DNA from: Phycisphaerae bacterium
GTDB lineage: Bacteria; Planctomycetota; Phycisphaerae; UBA1845; Fen-1342
NCBI GenBank assembly: GCA_963675745.2
Contig: CAXXWX010000016.1
Span: 32,001 to 96,000, forward strand
Length of the DNA: 64,000 nucleotides
Direction: 5' to 3'
Position numbers and translations under genes: made by a program. This document shows, in pieces, positions 55,703 to 64,000 of the stretch. The stretch's first letter is position 1, and every line of letters starts with the position of its first letter. The notes below the pieces were generated by a model. The model was not told the DNA's origin, did no database searches, and was given only the letters and a program-made list of their open reading frames with translations.

Positions 55703-58525
55703 ATGTTTGAGAGAATTCTCGGCGTTGCAATGATCGTCGCGCTCCTGACACAGGTTGGCCCCGCGCAAGCCGCACGCGTCGACGGAATGAAGGCCGGCCC
55801 GCCGCCGGACGGTCACGCCGAGGCCCCCAATGATGCGCCGTTGCCGCCTGCGCCGCAGCGCGAGACCACCCCCGCGAAGGTCCTGCGTTCGCGCGACGGA
55901 TATGTCAGCGTGCAGGTCAATGTCAGCGCCGGCGGCGCCAACATCACAAACGATGCCGCGAACGAGCCCTCGCTGGCGGTTGATCCGACCAATCCGAGCC
56001 GCATGGTCATCGGCTGGCGCCAGTTCGACAACATCGCCAGCGACTTCCGCCAGGCCGGCTACGCCTACACCAGCGATGGTGGGCAGAGCTGGACGTTCCC
56101 GGGGGTGATCGAGCCGGGCGTGTTTCGCTCGGACCCGGTCCTGGGCGCCGATGCCGAGGGTAACTTCTACTACAACAGCCTGACCGCCACTACCGACCTG
56201 TCTGACTTCTGGTGCCACGTTTACAAATCCACCGACGGCGGTGCGACTTGGGATGCCGGCACGTATGCGTATGGCGGCGACAAGCAGTGGATGGTGATCG
56301 ACACCACCGACAGCGTCGGCCACGGCAACTTCTACGCCTACTGGACGCAGTGGTACAGTACGTGCTATCCCGGTTTCTTCACGCGGTCGATCGACAACGG
56401 CCAGAGCTTTCAACCGTGCATCGAAGTTCCGAACTCGCCGCAGTGGGGCACGCTCGCGATCGGCCCCGACGGTGAGGTGTACATCGGCGCCGAGGGCTTC
56501 ATTGTCGCCAAGTCGTCAAACGCCAAGTACGACGCCCAGGCGGTTACCTGGGACTTCTCGACGGTAGTCGATCTCGACGGCTCCATCGCCTATAGCGGCG
56601 GTCCCAACCCCGGTGGTCTGCTCGGCCAGGCCTGGATTGCCGCCGACCGATCCGACGGCCCCACCGCCGGGAACGTGTACCTGCTCTGCTCGGTCTCGCG
56701 TGACTCAAACCCCGACCCGCTCGATGTCATGTTCGCCCGCAGCACCGACGGCGGTCAGACCTGGAGCAGTCCGGTGCGCGTCAATGACGATCCCGGCACC
56801 AGCGCCTACCAGTGGTTCGGTACCATGTCCGTGGCGCCAAACGGTCGCATCGACGTAATCTGGCTCGACACGCGCAACGATCCGGGCGGTTACGACTCCG
56901 AGCTGTATTACTCCTTTTCCGAGGATGGCGGCGTGACCTGGTCCGCCAACGAGGTGCTTTCCCCCGCGTTCGACCCGCACGTCGGCTGGCCCCAGCAGAA
57001 CAAGATGGGCGACTACTTCGACATGACCTCGGACAACCAGGGCGCCGATCTGGCATATGCCGCCACTTTCAACGGCGAGCAGGACGTCTATTACCTGCGT
57101 ATCGGCGACCGTTGTGCCGATGCCGGCCGCATAACGCTCGCACAAGACCTGTACGCGTGTGAAAGCGTGATTGACATCTCGGTCAACGATTGTGGCTTGA
57201 ATCTCGACCCCAACGGTATCGACACGGTTGAGGTGACGGTTGTTTCCGGCACCGAGCCGGCCGGTGAGACAATCACTCTCGATGAAACCGATGTATTCTC
57301 GAGTATCTTCTCGGGCACGCTGCCATTGAGCGTCACGAACAGTGTGGGGGTGCTTCAGGTTGCTGAAGGCGACACCATCACAGCCGAGTACATCGATGCT
57401 GACGATGGCGCCGGCGCTTACAACGTCCTGGTCACGGCGTCGGCCGACATCGACTGCACCCCACCCGTGATCACAAACCTGGTGGTCGCGGACGTCGGAT
57501 CGCGCACAGCATTGATTACGTTTAATACATCCGAGTTAGCGCGCGGCACGGTGCGGTATGGCGCGAACTGCGGCAGTCTCTATCAAACCGCCGTCGGCAC
57601 GGATACCACGCTCGCGCATGAGATCGCCATCGGCGGGTTGAATCCGGGGCAGACCTACTACTACGCCGTCGAAGCCGATGACATCGCCGGCAACGTGGGT
57701 TACGAGGGCGGTTGTTACTCGTTCACCACCACCGCCGTGCCGGAATTCTTCAGCGAGCGGTTCGATCCATCCGGCAATGACCTTGGTTACCGCCGGATCA
57801 CTTTCACACCGGATGGCGGGATCAGCTACTACGCCGCGTGCATCGAGACGATCTCCAGCCTGCCGACCGATCCGAACGCCGGCACCGAAGTGACGCTCGA
57901 TGATGACAATTACTCGCTGATCACGATGGGCGGGTTGGATACGGTGTCGCTGTACGGCGTCAGCTACAACCACTACTACATCGGAGCGAACGGCTACCTG
58001 ACGTTCACCCAGGGCGACACGGACTATACCGAGTCGTACGACGACCACTTCGACACGCCGCGCATCTCGGCACTTTTTGACGATCTCTCGCCGCAGTACG
58101 GCACCGTGCGTTACCAGCAGTTAGGCGATCGTGTCGCCGTCACGTGGCAGGATGTGCCGGAATGGAACACGAGCAACCAGAACACGTTCCAGATCGAGAT
58201 GTACTTCGACGGTCGCATCACGCTGAGCTATCTGGCGATCGCGGCCGTTGACGGTCTGGTCGGCCTGTCCGCCGGTGGCGGTGCCGATCCGGGCTTCGAC
58301 GCGACCGACCTCTCCGCGTTGGGCGGATGCCTGATCGTCGGCGATGCGAACTGCGACGGCATGGTCAACAACGGCGACATCGATGCGTTCGTGCTGGCAG
58401 TCAGCGACCCGACCGGTTACGCCGCCGCGTATCCGGGTTGTGACATCAATACGGCCGACTGCAACGGTGATGGCGCGATCAATAACGGCGACATCGATGC
58501 GTTCGTGGCGCTGATTTCAGGCTAA
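55703..58525 (+). CDS. secreted Asp-box propeller + FN3 + NIDO-like + dockerin-like protein, paralog 4
   Basis: Same architecture; divergent NIDO-like part. Confidence 0.88.
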   Translation: MFERILGVAMIVALLTQVGPAQAARVDGMKAGPPPDGHAEAPNDAPLPPAPQRETTPAKVLRSRDGYVSVQVNVSAGGANITNDAANEPSLAVDPTNPSRMVIGWRQFDNIASDFRQAGYAYTSDGGQSWTFPGVIEPGVFRSDPVLGADAEGNFYYNSLTATTDLSDFWCHVYKSTDGGATWDAGTYAYGGDKQWMVIDTTDSVGHGNFYAYWTQWYSTCYPGFFTRSIDNGQSFQPCIEVPNSPQWGTLAIGPDGEVYIGAEGFIVAKSSNAKYDAQAVTWDFSTVVDLDGSIAYSGGPNPGGLLGQAWIAADRSDGPTAGNVYLLCSVSRDSNPDPLDVMFARSTDGGQTWSSPVRVNDDPGTSAYQWFGTMSVAPNGRIDVIWLDTRNDPGGYDSELYYSFSEDGGVTWSANEVLSPAFDPHVGWPQQNKMGDYFDMTSDNQGADLAYAATFNGEQDVYYLRIGDRCADAGRITLAQDLYACESVIDISVNDCGLNLDPNGIDTVEVTVVSGTEPAGETITLDETDVFSSIFSGTLPLSVTNSVGVLQVAEGDTITAEYIDADDGAGAYNVLVTASADIDCTPPVITNLVVADVGSRTALITFNTSELARGTVRYGANCGSLYQTAVGTDTTLAHEIAIGGLNPGQTYYYAVEADDIAGNVGYEGGCYSFTTTAVPEFFSERFDPSGNDLGYRRITFTPDGGISYYAACIETISSLPTDPNAGTEVTLDDDNYSLITMGGLDTVSLYGVSYNHYYIGANGYLTFTQGDTDYTESYDDHFDTPRISALFDDLSPQYGTVRYQQLGDRVAVTWQDVPEWNTSNQNTFQIEMYFDGRITLSYLAIAAVDGLVGLSAGGGADPGFDATDLSALGGCLIVGDANCDGMVNNGDIDAFVLAVSDPTGYAAAYPGCDINTADCNGDGAINNGDIDAFVALISG

Positions 58526-58740
58526 TCGCCGTGTGCGTCACAGCGGATGGTGGTTATCGGACATCCCGCCATCGCGTTTCGTCAATTGCAGCGACCTCGT
58601 TACGATATGAATGGAGGGTCTGGGTCTGATTCCGGTCCTCCGCTCGTCGCCGACCACGGCGCTGAAATATCGTCCGCAGCCTGTTTCGCATGCGAGCGTT
58701 GGCTGCGTGAATACAGAGCATCTAGCTCGGATGGGATATT

Positions 58741-61230
58741 ATGAAGCTTACACACCTCGCAACCGTAATCTGCGCTCTTGCCTCTCTTACCATTGCTGCT
58801 TCCGCCGCTGAGAGCGCCCCCCTGCACGGCGGCGATGTGGCGCGCGTCGCGGCGTTTCCGGATGCGGGGAGCCGGGATATTGACGCACCAGACGAGCTGG
58901 GACGCACGCCGTTGCACGTGGCCGTCGCTTCGGCGCGCCTCAAAATCGTCGGGCAACTGATCGCACGCGGCGCCGATGTCAACGCCCGCGATCAGCACGG
59001 CGACACACCGCTACACATCGCGGCGCGCCGCGCCGCATTGCCGTATGTGGAGACGCTGCTGGCGGCCGGCGCTGACGCCAGCGCCGCCAACAACGCCGGA
59101 CTCACGCCCTTGCACGTGCTCGGGTCGTCGGCGCGCGCCGATGGCGACGCGCTGCACGCCCTGCTGACGACCGTCGCCGCCCGGTTGGTCGCCGCCGGCG
59201 CCGATCCCGCGATCATCGCCGACGGATTCCCCGGCATCGAGCCGATCGAAACGGGCGGTGGCACCAGCACGCGCGACACGTGGACCGACTACGCCGAGAT
59301 CGGCCCGACCTTGCTTGGGTATGAAGCCAACTATCCGACCATCTGTCAGCGTTACACGCTGGGACAAAGCTATCAGGGCCGCGAACTCTGGGCGATCAAG
59401 ATCTCCGACAACGTCGGCACCGAAGAAGACGAGCCGGAATTCGCCTACATCTCGACGATGCACGGCGACGAGATCGTCGGCGTGAAAATGTGCATGCTGC
59501 TGATCGAGGATATGCTGACGAACTACGGCACCGATCCGCAGATTACTAACCTCATCGACAACGTCGAGATCTGGATCGTGCCACTGATGAACCCCGACGG
59601 CTACGATCGCGTCTCGCGCACCCGCTACAACGCTCAAGGCTACGACCTCAACCGCAGTTTCCCCGACCTCGGCGAGTCGAACGACCCGAACGGCTACCCC
59701 ACCGAGGTGGCGATCATGATGAACTGGCACGCCGGTCAGGCGATCGTCCTGGCCGCAAACTTCCACGGCGGGGCGCTGGTCGTCAACTACCCGTTTGACA
59801 GCGAGCAGACCGGCTCGCGCTACTCAGACTACCAGAACCTGATGGTTGATATCAGCGAGGCCTACTCGATCCACAATCCGCCGATGTGGAACAGCTCGAC
59901 GTTCTATCACGGCATCACCAACGGCGCCGACTGGTACATCATCGACGGTGGCATGCAGGACTACTCCTGGTACTTCCACGGCTGTACCGAGGTCACCATC
60001 GAGCTTGATAACACGAAGCAGCCGCCGGCGTCGGAGATCGGCCAATTCTGGAGCGACAACCGCGACGCGATGCTCGCCTACATGGAGAAGTGCCTGATCG
60101 GCGTGCGCGGCATCGTGACAGATGCGACCACCGGCGACCCGCTCGCCGCCACCATCACCGTAACCGATCGCTACCAGAACCTTCGCACGGACCCCGATGT
60201 GGGTGACTATCACCGCATCTTGCTGCCCGGAACCTATGAATTGCACTTTGAAGCGGATGGCTATGACCCGTATGTCGCATCGGGCGTCGTTGTCGGAGCC
60301 GGAGCGGCGACGCAACTCGACGTCGCCCTGGGACTTCCGCCGGAGGTCGTCTCCCCCAACGGTGGCGAGACACTGGCGACCGGCACCCCCACAACCGTCA
60401 CGTGGACCGGCAGCCCGACGGCGCAGTTCCATGTCCAGTACACGGCCAACTACGGGGATATAAGCGGTGGCACCGACGGGTTCGAGCGCGACTCGCTGGG
60501 CGCGAATTACACAACCGGCGGCGATCGGACCTGGATAACCACAATGAGCAGTTCACACGCCGGCCTGTATTCCGCGCGTGCCGGTGAGATAGACGACAGC
60601 CAGGAGTCATGGATGACGCGCAGTGCATCCGGCGGGGATGTCGGGTTCTGGTATCGCGTCAGCAGTGAGAGTGGCTATGACTACTTCAATTTCTACGTGG
60701 ACGACATGCGCGAGATTCACGCGTCCGGCGAATCGGGCTGGACGTACTACTCGACGACACTCAGTCCGGGCACATACGAGTTGAAGTGGGAGTATACCAA
60801 GGACGTCAACACGTCGAATGGAAGCGATACTGCATGGGTCGATGAACTGGAGATCTCGTCCGACAACACAACTTGGACCGATATTATCGCACTGACCGGC
60901 GTTGGAGACACCTCAACACCCTGGACACCTTCCACGGAGACCAGTGATTGTCGAGTACGGGTCCGCGCGAATTACGGCCCCGGTGCCTATGGTGTCTGGG
61001 ATACCAGCGACGCCGACTTCACTGTGGCGGCGGCGGGGCAGGTTGGTGACCTGAATTGCGACGGGCAGATCAACAACGCGGACATAGACCCGTTTGTGTT
61101 GGCGATCACCGATCCGGCGACTTATGGGACGCTATATCCTGAATGTGATATCAACTACGGTGATTGCAACGACGACGGCCTCGTCAACAACGCCGACATT
61201 GACTCATTCGTGGCACTGTTGTCATCGTAG
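58741..61230 (+). CDS. secreted ankyrin-repeat M14 zinc carboxypeptidase with regulatory-like domain and dockerin-like module
   Basis: GRTPLHVA/GDTPLHIA/GLTPLHV ankyrins; MHGDE, NPDG, RYN..GYDLNRSFPD, NFHGG, TIEL; GVRGIVTD; GDLNCDG. Confidence 0.9.
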   Translation: MKLTHLATVICALASLTIAASAAESAPLHGGDVARVAAFPDAGSRDIDAPDELGRTPLHVAVASARLKIVGQLIARGADVNARDQHGDTPLHIAARRAALPYVETLLAAGADASAANNAGLTPLHVLGSSARADGDALHALLTTVAARLVAAGADPAIIADGFPGIEPIETGGGTSTRDTWTDYAEIGPTLLGYEANYPTICQRYTLGQSYQGRELWAIKISDNVGTEEDEPEFAYISTMHGDEIVGVKMCMLLIEDMLTNYGTDPQITNLIDNVEIWIVPLMNPDGYDRVSRTRYNAQGYDLNRSFPDLGESNDPNGYPTEVAIMMNWHAGQAIVLAANFHGGALVVNYPFDSEQTGSRYSDYQNLMVDISEAYSIHNPPMWNSSTFYHGITNGADWYIIDGGMQDYSWYFHGCTEVTIELDNTKQPPASEIGQFWSDNRDAMLAYMEKCLIGVRGIVTDATTGDPLAATITVTDRYQNLRTDPDVGDYHRILLPGTYELHFEADGYDPYVASGVVVGAGAATQLDVALGLPPEVVSPNGGETLATGTPTTVTWTGSPTAQFHVQYTANYGDISGGTDGFERDSLGANYTTGGDRTWITTMSSSHAGLYSARAGEIDDSQESWMTRSASGGDVGFWYRVSSESGYDYFNFYVDDMREIHASGESGWTYYSTTLSPGTYELKWEYTKDVNTSNGSDTAWVDELEISSDNTTWTDIIALTGVGDTSTPWTPSTETSDCRVRVRANYGPGAYGVWDTSDADFTVAAAGQVGDLNCDGQINNADIDPFVLAITDPATYGTLYPECDINYGDCNDDGLVNNADIDSFVALLSS

Positions 61231-61689
61231 GCTTGTACCCGCTCGGCACCACGCGCGGCTCGCAGTCCCAACCGGCCCGCCGTATGCGCCGTGCCTCTCA
61301 CAACGCGGCCGATAATCACTACACCAGCTCATAATGCGCGCAGGTGTTGCTCAACCGCACACGGCACGTGGCGCGGAGACCCGATGGGATTCAGGTGCGC
61401 ACCCAACGCTGTGTCACAGGCTGCGCGGCGTAGTCGCGCGCATAGATAAAGCGGCAGCGCCTAACGCCCGATAGCGCTTGCACTCGCGTGCGCAAGTGCA
61501 TAGATTAGGGGCACGGACGATTATAAACACATACACATCCAAGCTGATGACCGGCCCAGGCGCAGAGCCGCAGTGGGGTGAGGGTGAAGCTAGCAGTCTC
61601 AGCGGTGACATGGAGTTTGAGCAAGCTGCCCGAGTAAGGGTCCCGGGCCGATGCCTACGTACGTTGTATCCATGGCAGGAGGGCATGTA

Positions 61690-64000
61690 ATGCCAATGAT
61701 TACCAGACGACTGATCACAGGTTGTGCAGTGCTGTGTTGCGCCGCGATTGCGTACGGCGCTGGCCCGGGTGCTCTCAAGGCGGCACCGGACAAGGTGAAG
61801 GAGCCGGCACTGCCCAGTGTCAATGCACAGGGCGTCGTAAGCCAACCGGTCACGCGCGATTGCACGCCGCCCGCTGTGGCCATGGACATCACAATTGTGA
61901 CTGACGACTACCCCACCGAGACAACCTGGGAGGTGGCCTACCAGGACAGCGGGACGGTGATAGCCCAGGGCGGCCCGTTCGACACCGGCGGCACCACGTA
62001 CGAGGCCGAGGTGTGTGTCGATCCGACCGGCTGCTACAAGTTCACCATCTACGACACCTACGGCGACGGGATTTACGATCCCGGGGGCTACTCGGTTGAA
62101 TTCGACGGCACACTGCTTTACTCGAACATCGGCAGCGGATGGGATGGCTTTGACCAGACCATCGAGTTCATCGGCGACGGCTGTGCCCCCCCTGATGGCG
62201 CTTGCTGCGTCGAGGGTGATTGCGTTGCCACGAACACCGAACTGGACTGCACCAATCTCGGCGGCGACTGGTTCGAGGGTGAGGACTGCGCCAACTTCAC
62301 CGGCTGCCCGCAGCCACCGACCTGCCCTGGCGATTCGCTCTTCGGCCAACGCGCTGTAGAGCCCGACGACTCCTGGTCCTTCGGCACGAGTGAAGTCGAT
62401 GCCAACGGCACCAACTACTTCCGCGCCGAATCGTTCACCGATACGCTCGGCGACATTTGCGACATCCACTGGTGGGGCCTCCAGCTCTACAACAGTGGCG
62501 TCGGCTGGGCCAACTGCACGGACAGCGATCCGACCTTTGAGATCAAGTTCTATCGCGATACGCTCGGCGCCCCGGGAGCGGAGATCGCCTCATACATGGT
62601 CCAGCCGGTAATCGTCCCGACGGGCCTGATATTCGACAACGGCACGCCGTTCGAGATGCTCTATTTCAGCGTAGACCAGCTCACACCGTGTCTCATGTTG
62701 GCCGACCACCGCGGTGCCGGATGGGTCTCGATCCAGGGGTATGGTGATACGACCTGCTGGTTCCTCTGGGCCAACTCGCCCTTCGGTGACGGCAGCTCGT
62801 ACCTCACCACCGATGGCACGGTGGGGTCCTACCTGTACGACAACTCCGTCTGCCTGACCGGTGCGTACACTCCCCAGACCGGCGCGTGCTGCATTGACGG
62901 AACCGCGACGTGTACCGAGACCGTTGAGCTGATCGACTGCATCACGCAAGGTGGCCGCTTTGTCGCCGGCACGTGTGCCGATTTCAACCCGCCCTGCGGC
63001 GAGCTCCCCGGCGCTTGCTGTCATCCCGACGGCACGTGCGAGGTTATCCCCGAGCTGAACTGTGCCGATTCGTGGCTGGGCCCCGAGACCACCTGCGATA
63101 TGTGCCCCTGCGTGGTTCCCTGCCCGCCGGGCGTTCAGGACGAGCAGGAAGCCTGTGGCGCTGACACCAACGGCGGCTGCCTTCTGGACGTCCCCGCCTT
63201 TGAGGATCTCAAGTGCGGCGACACTTTCTGCGGCACAATCTGGGCGGCCAATGGCACGCGCGATACTGACTGGTACGAAGTGATCACAACCGAGGACAAT
63301 GTCTTCACGATGACGATGGAGGCCGAGTTCCCGGTGGTCTTTGGTCTCGTTGAGCAGATTCTGTCGGGTGATCCGAACGGCCAGGGATGCGACAACATCA
63401 CCGGCAACGTCAACCCGTACACGCTGGCTGGTGAGTGCGAGCAATTGGATGTGGTCACGGATTGTCTGCCCGCGGGCACCTACTGGTTCTTCGTGAGCCA
63501 CCAGGACTACTATGACGCGCCGTGTGACGCGAACAACCCGGGTAACCACTACGTGTTCTCCTTTGACTGCGCCCCGTGCGTTGTGCCGACCGGGGCCTGC
63601 TGCCTGCCGAATGGCGACTGCGCCGACGACCAGACCGAAGATGCCTGTCTGAATCAGGGCGGCACCTATCAGGGCGATGACACGGACTGCGCAAACGTGA
63701 ACTGCCCGCAACCGCCACCCAATGATGAATGTCAGAACGCCGAACCGATTACGGTTCTGCCGGGTGGTATAGCCAGTGTGATGGCCGACAACTCGTTGGC
63801 GACCGACGACGGCGCGCCAACCTGTGGCACCAGCAGCCCGGGCCACGGCATGTGGTACGTCATCACCGGCACGGGCAACACGATTACCGCGACCACCTGC
63901 TCGGCCAACACCAACTTCGACACCAAGCTCCAGGTATTCGGTGACTGCCCGCCGACCTTGTGCGTGGGTGGTGATGATGACGATCCAAACTGCCTGTCCA
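61690..64000 (+). CDS. large secreted Cys-rich multidomain protein, 3'-partial (absent from the ORF track)
   Basis: AGGAGG 7 nt before ATG 61690; MPMITRRLITGCAVLCC signal; frame open to the window end; TDDYPTETTW..YDTYGDG domain, four GACC modules, PPNDEC..A..I and TCS...FDTKL motifs. Confidence 0.88.
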   Translation, partial: MPMITRRLITGCAVLCCAAIAYGAGPGALKAAPDKVKEPALPSVNAQGVVSQPVTRDCTPPAVAMDITIVTDDYPTETTWEVAYQDSGTVIAQGGPFDTGGTTYEAEVCVDPTGCYKFTIYDTYGDGIYDPGGYSVEFDGTLLYSNIGSGWDGFDQTIEFIGDGCAPPDGACCVEGDCVATNTELDCTNLGGDWFEGEDCANFTGCPQPPTCPGDSLFGQRAVEPDDSWSFGTSEVDANGTNYFRAESFTDTLGDICDIHWWGLQLYNSGVGWANCTDSDPTFEIKFYRDTLGAPGAEIASYMVQPVIVPTGLIFDNGTPFEMLYFSVDQLTPCLMLADHRGAGWVSIQGYGDTTCWFLWANSPFGDGSSYLTTDGTVGSYLYDNSVCLTGAYTPQTGACCIDGTATCTETVELIDCITQGGRFVAGTCADFNPPCGELPGACCHPDGTCEVIPELNCADSWLGPETTCDMCPCVVPCPPGVQDEQEACGADTNGGCLLDVPAFEDLKCGDTFCGTIWAANGTRDTDWYEVITTEDNVFTMTMEAEFPVVFGLVEQILSGDPNGQGCDNITGNVNPYTLAGECEQLDVVTDCLPAGTYWFFVSHQDYYDAPCDANNPGNHYVFSFDCAPCVVPTGACCLPNGDCADDQTEDACLNQGGTYQGDDTDCANVNCPQPPPNDECQNAEPITVLPGGIASVMADNSLATDDGAPTCGTSSPGHGMWYVITGTGNTITATTCSANTNFDTKLQVFGDCPPTLCVGGDDDDPNCLS

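Noticed and set aside
61685..61692. ATG-TAA start-stop mini-ORF overlapping the real start
   Set aside because: Only 2 nt from the RBS; spacing favours ATG 61690, so probably incidental.
1..64000. Selenoprotein with in-frame UGA
   Set aside because: I found no gene with a UGA at a Cys-equivalent position continuing in homologous sequence; not exhaustively tested.

Overview
GC-rich bacterial chromosomal window, most likely Planctomycetota (Phycisphaerae-like). This is an inference from the C-terminal dockerin-like EF-hand modules, the CxxCGYxL..LPEPRCPECG zinc ribbon, the DUF5658-like protein and the ThiD2-ThiE fusion. Layout: (1) 1-3.5 kb, an accessory patch where a 114-bp copy of a GT2 gene's 3' end brackets an orphan membrane gene, next to a zeta-toxin-like ATPase and a small partner. 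(2) 4-23 kb, housekeeping and mixed genes: trpB, PilT-like ATPase, YkgJ, a frameshifted TPR lipoprotein, a frameshifted MscS, a BNR propeller, dGTPase, a GH42-like hydrolase and thiE. (3) tRNA-Sec with REP-like elements nearby. (4) A candidate ~218-nt multi-hairpin RNA starting at a predicted promoter, ahead of a ~15-kb amino-sugar/deacetylase/GT2/four GT-C/AT3-SGNH cluster with Arn-like logic. (5) 40-64 kb, secreted proteins carrying dockerin-like modules, including four tandem propeller-FN3-NIDO-like paralogs (one chimeric), an ankyrin-M14 peptidase and a partial Cys-rich protein. Best leads: the structured RNA, the two-class dockerin-like surface system with a shared Arg-Asp pro/mature junction, the att-like duplication, and the Arn-like glycosylation pathway. 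All family calls are from motif recognition by eye; no searches were run.
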